A DNA stretch of 64,000 nucleotides from Octopus vulgaris (GCA_951406725.2 OX597815.1:165044001-165108000), one strand, 5' to 3'; positions 14,436 through 26,750 are shown, numbered from the stretch's first letter. The notes: a model not told the origin generated them from the letters alone. Program-made: numbers and translations.

Positions 14436-15196
14436 GTTGTAGTAGTATTGATAATTGAGAGTCAGATACTTCTGAGTCATTGTCAACATACTTCTGATGG
14501 AAAGGTTTTCAAACAAGATAGTTGTTTATATATAGACTAATCTAGGCTGTATGGATTTTAAAAAATATCTAACTATAATATAAAGAGAAGAGCACAAGAT
14601 TGGTAACTCTCTTTTTCATGCAGACATACAGATTTATATGCATGCGTAAACTCACACACACACATACACACACACATACACTAGTATCTGCATTATTTCA
14701 ATAGAAACTTGGCATATTTTTTTACTCTCCAAAGAGAAGCAAACTGTAAAAATAAAATACAATAAAAGGAAAATAAAAAAAAAATCTAAACAACATTAAT
14801 AAAAAAAGAATAGATTCTTTAACTCACAATAGTTTATTAAATTGATCTCAGTATGTTACTAAAAAATGTCTTAATATACTTGGAGAAACAAAAGCCTAGG
14901 CTGACCCAGGTGGTAAATTTTAACTTAAAAATTAACAATAAAGATGACATACAATAAATTTGACATTAAAATAGTTTAATATATTTTGGGTGACAAATCT
15001 CTGTCATCATTCTGATACTGGTGGTTATAACTATTGTTATTGACAATATTTTTGCATCTTGGAACTCTTATTTGATAAAATTTTTTGCAATATATGCATA
15101 TAGGTATATGAAAGTATATATACATTTATGTATGTGTATCATACATACATACAAACATACATACAATCATGCATATATATATATACATGCATACAT

Positions 15197-15240
<44 letters not shown>

Positions 15241-15381
15241 CTGGCATTTGTTTTATTTATTACAAGAGAAATTAAATCCCATACTGATCAGAAAAAATAT
15301 ACATGTAAGTTGAGACCATACCTCACTTAGTTAATAATGGTGATGATAATAATAATAATGATAATAATAATAATAATAAAC

Positions 15382-15413
<32 letters not shown>

Positions 15414-15915
15414 CTTCCTACTTAGGTGTGAGGCCACAAATTTGGAGGGGAGGAGTTGGTCAGTTAAATTGATTTCGGTTGTTAACAATTTATTGGCCCT
15501 GGAAAAACGAAAGGCAAAATTGATATTGGAGGGATTTGAACTTAAGAATGTAAAAGAGCCACAACAAATACTACAAAGCATTTTTGTCTGATGCTCTAAT
15601 GATTCTGCCAGCCCATTAATAATGTTAATAATGTTAATAATAATAATAATAATAATAATAATCATAATAATAATACTGAACAAAATCATCATCATTATCA
15701 TTGGCACCACCACCACCACCACCACTACCATCGCTATTGCCACTGCCACCAATACCACCATCGCCACCACCATCATCAACAATAAAAACAATAACAACAC
15801 CACCAACAACAGCAACACTGAAAACAACAATAAAATTTGTTGTTGTTAAGACATTGATAGCAGCCAAACAAGATTGTCCTTTCAATTTGAATATTGCACT
15901 ATCATTATCCTTATC

Positions 15916-15961
<46 letters not shown>

Positions 15962-16014
15962 TTTCAGTATTATTATTAGTATTACCATAATATTCTTTCT
16001 ATTATGTCCTTCCA

Positions 16015-16054
<40 letters not shown>

Positions 16055-16075
16055 TACACAAACACATACACATAC

Positions 16076-16107
<32 letters not shown>

Positions 16108-16706
16108 GTGTGTGTGTGTGTGTCTGTGTGTGTTTATGCTATTTAGAAAATACAATGTAATTAGAATAACCGATTTCTTATTACTCTCTTGAGATTTTGG
16201 CGGTAACAAAAATTTAACATTAACAAAGTAATCAGTGAAGTCATGTTTCATCACCCATCTCTCCCAAAACAATTTAACAGATCAGATGGAATTTTGCTTT
16301 CCTCTTGTTTTCCTCTGCATTCTGCTTTTCATTCATTTCATAATTTTATTTTTGAGGTAACAAAAGCAAAACCTTATACGCATTTCTCAATCATTTTGCA
16401 ATAAGCCTTATTTCATAATTAGCTATGTAATCAGTACTAACTCCATCAGAATTTTTCTCGGTTGTCATTCTAAAAGCATTCAACAGAATTTTCATAGATT
16501 TTTCTTTATTATTTTGTTTTTCAAAGAAAGAATTCTTTATTTCTCCTTTCTGCAAGACTCAAAAAGTAAAAAATAAAATTGTATGCAAATAAAACTTCCT
16601 TTCAGGTAATATCTCATTTCTTTCTTTAATAAGGACACATGCACATAAACACAAATGCTCTCCCCCTATCTCTCCTCCTCCTCCTTTCTCTCTCTCTAGC
16701 ACACAA

Positions 16707-16738
<32 letters not shown>

Positions 16739-16767
16739 GTGCACAATCACAGAGTTATATTCTCTCA

Positions 16768-16812
<45 letters not shown>

Positions 16813-17305
16813 GCACACACATGTACACATAGAAAGGAAAAGGAAATATAATAAAAATGGAAATAAAAATGCCGTATATTTGATTTAATCTTTTTTTTTT
16901 AATATTCCAAATAATAGCAATATTTTGTTATATAGACACAAAGGTATTAGTGTATATATATATATACATATATATACATGAAAATATATTTATGTGTATA
17001 TGTGTGTTGTGTGTGTATATATATATATATTCATTTATAGATATATATGCATACCTACATATTCATACAAACACATACACACACACATGCATATATAAAT
17101 GTATATATAATGAATATAAAGAAATGTATTTATACAAACGTTACACAAAAATTATATTAAACAGACAACAATGACAAAAGAAAAATAATACAAACAAACC
17201 TAGAAAAGACAGTAAAAAAATTAAAGATAAGAAAATATCAAAAAAATTTTTAATTAAAAAAAAAAGCAAAATTGGTTACACTTTTCATTCCAGTTCTCAT
17301 TTACA

Positions 17306-17311
17306 TTTATT
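17306..17311 (-). promoter_or_regulatory. Candidate polyadenylation signal of the Ly6-like gene
   Basis: AATAAA on the minus strand ~140 nt downstream of the stop codon, followed by T-rich sequence. Confidence 0.4.
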
Positions 17312-17448
17312 CGTATTGAAAAAAAAAAATTTTTTTTTCTTCTTTTCTTTCCATTTTCGACGTAACATATTTTCAATCATTCTTCATATTACCATCCGCA
17401 GTTGTGTAAGATTTTGGCGTGTTATTAAGATGTCTTTGAAGAGCCTTC

Positions 17449-17672
17449 TCAAAAGACATTATGCATTGTTCTAGTGATGACTACCACCATGCTGGCAAAT
17501 CCATATAACAGGAACCTTGAGATAAAACTTGTTGGCACTGGTGCAGAGTTACAACGGTCTTTGTCACAGAGACAGTATCTCATCTTTATATTTTTGGTTC
17601 CAACTCGACTTTCGCAACCAATTTTGCCATCTGATGTTGCACATTGGCGAATTATTCGTACTTCATCATCAA
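17449..17672 (-). CDS. Last coding exon of Ly6/uPAR three-finger, GPI-anchored protein (quiver/sleepless-like)
   Basis: Acceptor ttgttttgcAG; (V)DDEVRIIRQCATSDGKIGCESRVGTKNIKMRYCLCDKDRCNSAPVPTSFISRFLLYGFASMVVVITRTMHNVF*; C-x-C-x4-CN motif plus hydrophobic tail; phase matches the upstream exon. Confidence 0.9.
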
Positions 17673-17984
17673 CTGCAAAACAAGATTAATAGCTGTTGTG
17701 AAATGTGCTGCTAAAAAAAACAAAAACAAAAAAAACAACCAAAAAACAGAATTATGGCTTTAAAAATATATTTTCAAGTTGTCACTGTCTGTATTATATA
17801 TTGTTTTGTGATACATGATAATATGTTTAAGGAAAGATTAATGAATTTCTAAAATCACAGTAGATAATAAATATACAAATGAACACACACTGCCATATCC
17901 CCACACCCACATATACATAAACACCCCCCCCCTACACATCCACCACTCCATATATACATACATACATATATATATAAATAAATA

Positions 17985-18026
<42 letters not shown>

Positions 18027-18028
<2 letters not shown>

Positions 18029-18557
18029 TCATCATCATCATCGTTTAACGTCTGCTTTCCATGCTAGCATGAGTTCGACGAATGACTGAGGGCTGGTGAA
18101 CCAGATGGCTGCACCAGGCTTCAATCTTGATCTGGCAGAGTTTCTACAGCTGGATGCCTTTCCTAACGCCAACCACTCCAAGAGTGTAGTGGGTGTTTTT
18201 ACGTGCCACTGGCTCGGGGCCAGTCAGGCAATACTGGCAATGACCTTGCTCGAATCTTTTACACATGCCACCGGCACAGGTGCCAATAAGGCGATGCTGG
18301 TAACGATCATGCTCAAATGGTGTCTTTTATGCGCCACCGGCACGGAGGCCAGATAGCTGCTCTGGCAATGATCACGCTCGAATGGTGCTCTTTAAGGCGA
18401 CACTGGTAACAATCACGCTCGAATGGTGTCTTTTAAGTGCCACTGGCACGGAGGCCGCTAGCCGCTCTGTCAATGATCACACTCGTATGGTGCACTTTGC
18501 ACCCTGCTAGCACAGCTGCCAGTCATCGAATTTGATTTTGATTTTCGATTTTTGATT

Positions 18558-18560
<3 letters not shown>
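18027..18560 (-). mobile_element. RTE-type 3'UTR/tail fragment with internal tandem repeats
   Basis: (CAT)n tail, gtttaacgtc...ccatgctagcatg...tctacagctggatgcc.ttcctaacgccaaccactcc; homologous to 37850-38056. Confidence 0.8.
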
Positions 18561-18600
<40 letters not shown>

Positions 18601-19198
18601 CATATGTGGGCACAGGACGTCATGAAACGTGTACAACAAAAAATACGAAGTACGAGTAAATGGAATATGAATTATTTTTTTGAACAATGAGAGACACAAA
18701 TGGAAAACTAGACAAACAACATAAAGAACGACCCTTCATCAGTTGTTGGCTGTTTTTCTACTTTTGTATTTCGAGCATATATATTTAATCTACTGTATCC
18801 TTTATCTTTTACTTGTTTCATTCATTAAACTGCAGACATGCAGGGGCACCACTTAGAAGAATTTTATCCAAATGAATTGATCTTAGTACTTAAAATTTGT
18901 TATGCCTGGTGCTTATTCTATCTGTCTCTTTTGCCAAACTGCTAAGTTACATAAGCACACCAACACCAGTTGTCAAGTGGTGGTTGGAGACAACACAAAC
19001 ACAAAGACACACACACATATATACATACATATTGGATTTCTTTCAGTTTCCATCTACCAAATCCACTCACATGGCTTTGAATGGCTTAGGGTTATAGCAG
19101 AAGACAGTTGTCTAAGGTACCATGCAACATGACTGAACCTGGAACCATGCACATGTGGTTGAGAAGCTAACTTCTTACCATACAGCCACAGCTGTGCC

Positions 19199-19249
<51 letters not shown>

Positions 19250-19497
19250 TCTAAGGTCCAGATAGGGTGTAAATTTAGGATATTTCCAGAGAAGCACTCA
19301 ATACTGTGTGTGTGTGTGTCTTTGTGTCTATGTTGTCTCCCAAAACCACATGCCTTTGAAAATAATTTGTTCTGCCTCTTCAATGCAATCATATATTCCA
19401 CAGTGAAGGTCACCACATTTTTGAAGTCTCTTTGTTGTTTCTCTAGTTGTAAATCTTTCTTGGATTAAGAGCTTTTTAAAGTTGGGTGCTTGACGTC

Positions 19498-20150
19498 TGC
19501 TCTTTTACTCTTTTACTTGTTTCAGTCATTTGACTGCGGCCATGCTGGAGCACTGCCTTTAGTTGAGCAAATTGAGCCCAGGACTTATTCTTTGTAAGCC
19601 TAGTACTTATTCTATCAGTCTCTTTTTGCCGAACCACTAAGTTACAGGGTCGTAAACACACAAGCATCGGTTGCCGAGCGATGGTGGTGGTGGTGGTGGG
19701 GGACACAAACACAGACACACGAACATATTTTTTTAAATTTGTTTCAGTCATTTGACTGTGGCCATGCTGGAGCACTGCCTTTAGTCGAGCAAATCGACTC
19801 CAGGACTTATTCTTTGTAAGCCTAGTACTTATTGTATCAGTCTCTTTTTGCCAAACCGCTAAGTTACTGGGACGTAAACACACCAGCATCAGTTGTCAAG
19901 CGATGGTGGGGGGATGAACACAGACACACAAACCTATACACACACACACATACATATACATTCATATACATATATGTACATATATATGATGGGCTTTTTT
20001 CAGTTTCCATCTACCAAATCCATTCACAAGGCTTTTGTTGGCCCGAGGCTATAGTAGAAGACACTTGCCCAAGGTACCATGCAGTGGGACTAAGCCCGGA
20101 ACCATGTGGTTGGTAAGCTAGCTACTTACCACACAGCCACACCTGCACCT
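19498..20150 (-). mobile_element. SINE family A, tandem partial dimer with intact tRNA-like head
   Basis: 3' part repeated (19498-19720 and 19740 onward); head on minus strand has A-box tggctgtgtggtaag and B-box-like gggcttagtccc. Other copies at ~3970-4405, 18800-19200, 20594-20962, 42285-42697(+), 52475-52915, 57286-57712. Confidence 0.85.
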
Positions 20151-20153
20151 ATA

Positions 20154-20592
20154 AATTATTTTTGAATCTGTTACTAATTTGTTCATTCCTGCTGAATGTT
20201 GAAGAATAGGGATTCTATCTTTATGCTGTATTGATGATGTCATGATATTCTTGGGTAGTGGGTGATGATAAAAGGAATGCTTATGAGCTCATTTTAATTT
20301 TTCTGTGCATGTTTTCCTCTGAGATCTATAGTTGGGATGTTTTTTGCTTTGGTGATTGCTGTGTCAAAGGGTATGTTTCTTTTGGTATGTGAGTGATGGG
20401 AGGAATGAAAGTTCAAATATTGTTGTGTGTCTGTAGGTTTGTAGAAGAGATCCATTCGTGTGGTGTTATTTTCTTTAATTAGAAATATGTTTAAAAAAGG
20501 TAATTCCTTTGTGTGTTGTTCCATGGTGAATTTTATTGAGGTATGTAAATTATTTAAAAGTGGTCAAGAATATTAAGCAGTCATCCAAATAT
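20154..20592 (-). pseudogene. Penelope-like element (PLE) reverse transcriptase remnant
   Basis: YLDDCLIF (~20568-20591), then LNNLHTSIKFTME...ELPFLNI...DLFYKPTDTQQYLNFHSSHHSHTKRNIP and IPFIITHYP: PLE RT motifs 5-7, thumb and linker; internally deleted and frameshifted. Confidence 0.85.
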
Positions 20593-21233
20593 ACTCTTTA
20601 CTCTTTTACTTGTTTCAGTCATGTGACCGTGGCCATGCTGGAGCACTGCCTTTAGTCGAGAAAATTGACCCCAGGACTTATTCTTTGTAAGCCTAGTACT
20701 TATTCTATCAATATCTTTTGCCGAACCGCTAAGTTATAGGGACGTAGACTCACCAGCATCGGTGGTCAAGCGATGGTGGAGAGGGACAAACACAGACACA
20801 CAAACATATACACACACAATACATACATATATACATATATACGATGGGCTTCTTTCAGTTTCCATCTACCAAATCCACTCAAAAGGTGCCACATAGTGGG
20901 ACTGAACCTGGAACCATGTGGTTCATAAGCAAGCTACTTACCACACAGCCACTCCTATGCCTATATATATATATATATATATCTATAAAATAAATGAAGA
21001 AAAGAAGGATAAAAATACCACTTGTTAAAAATCAAAGTGAAAGCTTCAAAAGACCACCAATTCTATGATAAATACACCTCATTATTACTGTTTTTAACAG
21101 TAATAATACTTCACATATTTACTTTTTTATTGTGTACGTTAGTTTCTCTCTTAAAACGGAGTGGGATGTTTAAAGTCAGAAACGAAGACAAGCTAACATA
21201 ATGAATATTTTAGAAATAGATGTCAAATACTAT

Positions 21234-21295
21234 CTCCAGCTGAGGATTGCAAAGCATGTTTCTCATGCACAGCATGAAATCAATTGATATTAGGG
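21234..21295 (+). ncRNA. Type I hammerhead ribozyme motif
   Basis: ctccag-CTGAGGA(21240-46)-t-tgc..gcatg/catgc..gca-t-GAAA(21276-79)-tcaattga-TA-ttaggg; palindromic helix III ATCAATTGAT; helix I imperfect. Confidence 0.65.
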
Positions 21296-21539
21296 TGTGT
21301 ATTAGCTGCCTTCATATTCCATCCTGAAGATAGGCCTATTTTTTAAAATGACCATTAGATTGCTCGTGTGTGTATTTATCATAGAATTGGTGGTTTTTTG
21401 AAGCTTTTGCTTTGATTTTTAGCAAGTGGTATCTTTACCTTTTTCTTCAAATATTTTATATTATACCTGTTTAGGTAAAAGTTTTGATAACCACTTCATT
21501 ATTACTGTTTTTAACTGTAATAATACTTCACATATTTAC

Positions 21540-21647
<108 letters not shown>

Positions 21648-21791
21648 TTTTTTTTTCTTATCCAATATAGGGTAAAGAATTATTAATTTAATAATTAATA
21701 AATTTTACCAAGTAGTTTCAGTATGGAAAAAAACCCCCATTATCGATAAAAACTTATGCAAAAATTTTTTTAATAATTATAATTATGATTA

Positions 21792-21833
<42 letters not shown>

Positions 21834-22377
21834 TGTATGTGTGTGTGTGTGTATGTGTATATATATATATATTTTAACATTTAAATAATGAGGGAGATAA
21901 ATTGAATATTAATTTAATTAATATCAATTTAAAACCAGTAGCCTAGCATACAAAAATCTGAAAAGAATTTTCTCTGATTTTATATATATATATATATATA
22001 TGATATATATATAATGAATAGATAGGGATAAAGTATCCTGGCAGGTACCATGCAATTACTCAGTTATAATCTTGGTTATGGATCTCTATAAGAGATAAAA
22101 GCAGTAACCATACTCTGAAGTAATGGTTATTGCCACTTAAACATGGCTGTCCCATGAGAACCGACATTACAACCATTTTAATCCTAGGAGGATGCCTCCT
22201 CCAGCTTGTTATTCAATGCAATTTGCACCTAATGTATATTGCAAGCAGGGGAATGAGCCCTTACCGTCATCCAGGTATGAATAACCAGCTGGAGGTGGCA
22301 TCCTCCTGGGATTAAAATGCTAGTAAAATCGGTTCCTACAGAACAGCCATGTTTAAATGCAATAACCATTACTTCTC

Positions 22378-22430
<53 letters not shown>

Positions 22431-22622
22431 AGTAGTTGAATGAATTATCTTATTAAGGATAATTCGAATTAACCGATACCTGGGTAGCAAATTCACATCA
22501 GAAAAAACACGGTTGAAGTTACGTGCCTAGGGCATAGATTACGTGCTTTCGTGTGGAAATTTGTATGTTTATTTTAAAAATATAAATATATGAAAGAATG
22601 GAGCTGAATGACGAATTAACAA

Positions 22623-22725
22623 AATTCCTTTATTTTCGACATATGTTTCGAAGGCTGCATATTCCTAATTTCGAAGGAATAAGGAGTACATTATGCCGCT
22701 TTCTCATCAGGAAAAGCAAGGAACT
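22623..22725 (-). ncRNA. Type I hammerhead ribozyme (mirror copy)
   Basis: Reverse complement of 22846-22948 in the left arm. Confidence 0.85.
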
Positions 22726-22845
22726 TATGTCAACATCAAAATGCACAAAAAACTTTTAGATGATTGCTCACACGGAGCCCATAGCGCTATGGGCTCCGTG
22801 TGAGCAATCATCTAAAAGTTTTTTGCGCATTTTGATGTTGACATA

Positions 22846-22948
22846 AGTTCCTTGCTTTTCCTGATGAGAAAGCGGCATAATGTACTCCTTATTCCTTCGA
22901 AATTAGGAATATGCAGCCTTCGAAACATATGTCGAAAATAAAGGAATT
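22846..22948 (+). ncRNA. Type I hammerhead ribozyme, intact core
   Basis: Helix I ttcctt-gc-ttttc / gaaaa-ta-aaggaa; CTGATGA 22861-67; extended helix II gaaagcggcata/tatgcagccttc; GAAA 22922-25; helix III ACATATGT; GTC cleavage triplet ending 22933. Confidence 0.88.
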
Positions 22949-23190
22949 TTGTTAATTCGTCATTCAGCTCCATTCTTTCATATATTTATATTTTTAAAAT
23001 ATATATATATATATATATATTAGAAAAAACCCCACATTTTATCAATTCAATAATGAAAAATTAAATTATACCATCTAGAAAATTACATATCATAGAAAGA
23101 TTAAATAAAAGATAAAACATATAACGATGATAATGTACAAAATAATAAATAAAACGTATAATAATAATATGAGGAAATAATATTCCCTCA

Positions 23191-23250
<60 letters not shown>

Positions 23251-23268
23251 TTGTTTTTTTCTGTGTAT

Positions 23269-23304
23269 CTTTCTGTAGAAGAGCGTAGGCTCGAAACGTA
23301 AAAG
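23269..23304 (+). ncRNA. Minimal type I hammerhead motif (A6U variant)
   Basis: cttt-CTGTAGA-a-gagc-gtag-gctc-GAAA-cg-TA-aaag. Confidence 0.7.
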
Positions 23305-23856
23305 GCTTTTTCTATTCCTGAGTGCTATACTAATACGTCTGTTTGTACACCACCTGCCTTCGTCTTTTGTTTATTTTTGTAAACTTTCTCTTTATATATC
23401 ACGCACCCACGAGGTCTCACTTGTTGATCCTATGTTCTCTACCACTACCAACTCTTATCATTCCTCTACGGACACTCTACCTCTCTCCACTGGACTTTTT
23501 ACCTTTAAGGACACTTACCCTCTGGCTGCACCTCGCCCACACTAATCACAGTGACTTTGTTATTGATGTGAAATCCTTGAAATACATCACAACGTCTACA
23601 AACTTTTGAACTTTTCGTAAAACTGTCCCTTTCGTTTTCACTTTATTTTTTTCATATTTTTCTTATATATTAATATTTTTTTACATTTATTTCAAACTTT
23701 CCAAACTTTCCTGTATTTTTTGTGACCATGTTATCTCCCCTACATCCCCTCTCCTGTCTGACCATTCTGTCTGAAGTCAGACGCCATGATAGATCGTTAG
23801 CTACTACACACATTTTTTTTCTCTCTTTGTTTCTCTCCTTGTTTTTTTCTGTGTAT

Positions 23857-23892
23857 CTTTTTGTAGAAGAGCGTAAGCTCGAAACGTAAAAG
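23857..23892 (+). ncRNA. Minimal type I hammerhead motif, second direct-repeat copy (C3 mutated)
   Basis: cttt-TTGTAGA-a-gagc-gtaa-gctc-GAAA-cg-TA-aaag, 588 bp from the first copy. Confidence 0.65.
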
Positions 23893-23960
23893 ACTTTTTC
23901 TATTCCTGAGCGCTATACTAATACATCTGTTTGTTTGTACACCACCTGCCTTCGTCTTTT

Positions 23961-24009
<49 letters not shown>

Positions 24010-24256
24010 CATTATAGTTTGCTTGAAGCATTGTGGTAAAGAAGTGGAAAAAGAAAGAGAATATAAGAAAGTTTCTAACAATGCAGAAAGTTTTACAAAA
24101 TCCTTTATATTTCAGGTGCAAAGCCCATCCTCAGGAGGAAGCAGTCCAAGAAGTGTTAGTTATACTGATTTTGTTGTTATATTTAAGCAGAAATATAAAA
24201 CAATAAATATATTTCAAATATAATAATGTAATAACTAGACATTTCTTGGATTGCTT

Positions 24257-24294
24257 CCTTCTGAGGATGGGCCTTTGGAACTGAAATATAAAGG
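24257..24294 (+). ncRNA. Minimal hammerhead motif in the right arm of a diverged inverted repeat (mirror at 24102-24138)
   Basis: cctt-CTGAGGA-t...-GAAA-ta-TA-aagg; helix II weak. Confidence 0.6.
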
Positions 24295-24626
24295 TTTTTG
24301 TAAAACTTTCTACATTACTTGAAGCTTTGTTATTTTCCTTTTTTTTACACACACACACATGCACATACACATATACACATGTGTGTCTGTGTTTGTCCTC
24401 CCAACATTGCTTGACAACCGATACTGGTGTGTTTTTGTCCCCGTATCTTAGCGGTTCGGCAAAAGAGACCAATAGAATAAGTACTAGGCTTACAAAGAAT
24501 AAGACCTAGGATCGATTTGCTCGACTAAGGGTGGTGCTCCAGCATGGCCACAGTCAAATGACTGAAACAAGTAAAAGAGTAAGAGAAAAGAGTATACGTT
24601 ATGCATGTATATATATATATATATAT

Positions 24627-25045
24627 ATAATTTACAAGATAAGGGCAGAAGAAAAATTCTAATGTCAGATACGCCGAAAACAAAAAATTGTCGATAACCA
24701 TTAAATTTATGCGTTTCGAAACAAACCGATAGAAATCTCTAAAAAATTCGTTATTACTGTATTGGTCCAATTTCGGAGTTAATTCACAAGAAATTTTCCC
24801 CTCTTCAGCGGCACATACACGAGATGTAAATGAAATACTTATTCATACCCAGCGTATGTGCCACTGAAGAGGGGAAAATTTCTTGTGAATTAACCCCGAA
24901 ATTGGACCAATACTGTAATAACGAATTTTTTAGAGATTTCTATCGGTTTGTTTCGAAACGCATAAATTTAATGGTTATTGACAATTTTTTGTTTTCGGCG
25001 TATCTGGCATTAGAATTTTTCTTCTGCCCTTATCTTGTAAATTAT
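24627..25045. repeat. Long inverted repeat, 192-bp arms, 35-bp spacer
   Basis: 24627-24818 is the reverse complement of 24854-25045 with a few mismatches; (TA)n on both sides of the insert. Confidence 0.95.
24859..24917 (+). ncRNA. Type I hammerhead motif (mirror on minus strand at 24755-24813)
   Basis: CTGAAGA 24864-70; helix II gggg...cccc; GAAA 24898-901; helix III Attgg-a-ccaaT; H17=A; helix I tgcc(a/g) with c(t/a)gta, partly decayed. Confidence 0.75.
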
Positions 25046-25129
25046 GTATAAATTTTACCTTTAAAGGCATTTTTTGATATGCTGGCCATTGATAAAAATT
25101 TTTTCCCGAAAAATTTTTTATCCTATATC

Positions 25130-25170
<41 letters not shown>

Positions 25171-26193
25171 TATACAGTAGGCTTCTTTCAGTTTATGTCT
25201 ACCAAATCGACTGACAAGGCTTTTGTTGGCCTGGGGTTATAGTAGAAGATGCTCATCTTAGGTGCCATACAAAGGGACTGAACCTGAAACCACATGGTTG
25301 GGAAGCAAGCTTCTTAATCTCATGGCCACTACACACATATTTTCCAAAGCACATTATTTCATGAAACTAATGTTGTCATGAATGTTGATATTTTCTATCA
25401 GACTTTATCTTGTATTGCAGTTATTCTGACTCATATGTAGGTTGCTAGTACTGCTGTGAGGGGTAACTGAAGATACAACTATTTAGTCTCTTGGCAAATC
25501 TTTTCACTGACCGTTGGACTAAATATCTATTGTCTTTGCCAATAAAATGAAGATTGATTACAATTTGAGTCTCACTTGGCAGACAGCCAGTGGGTGGCAA
25601 CTGTCTGAGGCACAGAGTTTATCTGGAACAGTTAGCTACAACTGCAAGGTAATTGCTGATGCATGTATATGTAAATATATATATAGTTCATATGTACATT
25701 AAATAATTCGGCCTTCTAAATAGCAATTAGTTTCAAATTTTGACACAAGACCAAAAAGTTTGCGGGGGGGGGGGGGAGTAAGTCAATTACATCACCCCTA
25801 GTGTTCAACTGGTACTTATTTTATTAACGCCGAAAGGATGAAAGGCAAAGTTGACCTCAGTGGAATTTGAACTCCAAACATAAGGGTGGATAAAATACTG
25901 CTAAGCATTTTGGCCAGCATGCTTACAATTCTGTCAGCTTCTTGCCTTATGCTAAATAGTAATTAAAAACAAAATGGTAAGACAGTATATATTTTATGCA
26001 CAAATTCCCTTTGCAACCACAGATTTCAGGCTTAATGTCACTGTGTGGTACGTTGGGCAAGTATCATCTACTAAGGCTCTGTGGCGACCAATGCCTTGTG
26101 AGTGAGTCTGGAAGATGGAAACTGTGTAGAAGCCTGTCATATATATATATATATATATTATATGTAGAAGGTTGAAAAGGAACACATGAGTTG

Positions 26194-26430
26194 ATATATA
26201 TGGAAAAAAAGGTCAAAATAGAAAATGCTAAAATAATTTTATATACAACATCTCAGTACCGGTTTCAGTCATTGAGACTGTTTTTAACTGTAAGTATGGA
26301 AAACAATTAAATTTTGGAAAAAATAAAAGAAACATTTTTTCAAAAGAATATTTGCATAGTGTTCAAATACAAGTCTCTGTCTCTCTTGTTTACTCTTGTG
26401 GGTTCGAGGTTATTGTGAATTCTTGGTAGG

Positions 26431-26487
<57 letters not shown>

Positions 26488-26750
26488 TAATAATAATAAT
26501 AATTCACAATGACCTCGAACCTACAAGAGTAAACAAGAGAGACAGAGATGGGCAGAAACAAGCAAATGTCACTTGTATTTGAACACTATGCAACTATTCT
26601 TTTAAAAAAACTTTTCTTTGAATTTTTCCAAAATTTAATTGTTTTCCATACTTACAGTTGAAAAAGTCGCAATGACTGAAACCGGTACTGAAATGTTTTT
26701 TATAAAATTATTTTAGCATTTTCTATTTTTACTTTTTTTTCCATATATAT
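26194..26750. repeat. Diverged long inverted repeat with (AAT)n spacer
   Basis: 26194-26421 vs 26501-26750; one ~20-bp indel. Confidence 0.9.
26655..26690 (+). ncRNA. Degenerate hammerhead motif (mirror at ~26254-26290)
   Basis: cag-TTGAAAA-agtc-gcaat-gact-GAAA-ccgg-TA-ctg: all three helices intact, CUGANGA box mutated at two positions. Confidence 0.65.

Larger units (their letters stand above)
22570..23001. repeat. 432-bp near-perfect palindrome with no spacer
   Basis: Centre at 22785/22786 (cccatagc|gctatggg); 216-bp arms; one mismatch seen (22745/22826); embedded between (TA)n tracts. Confidence 0.95.
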
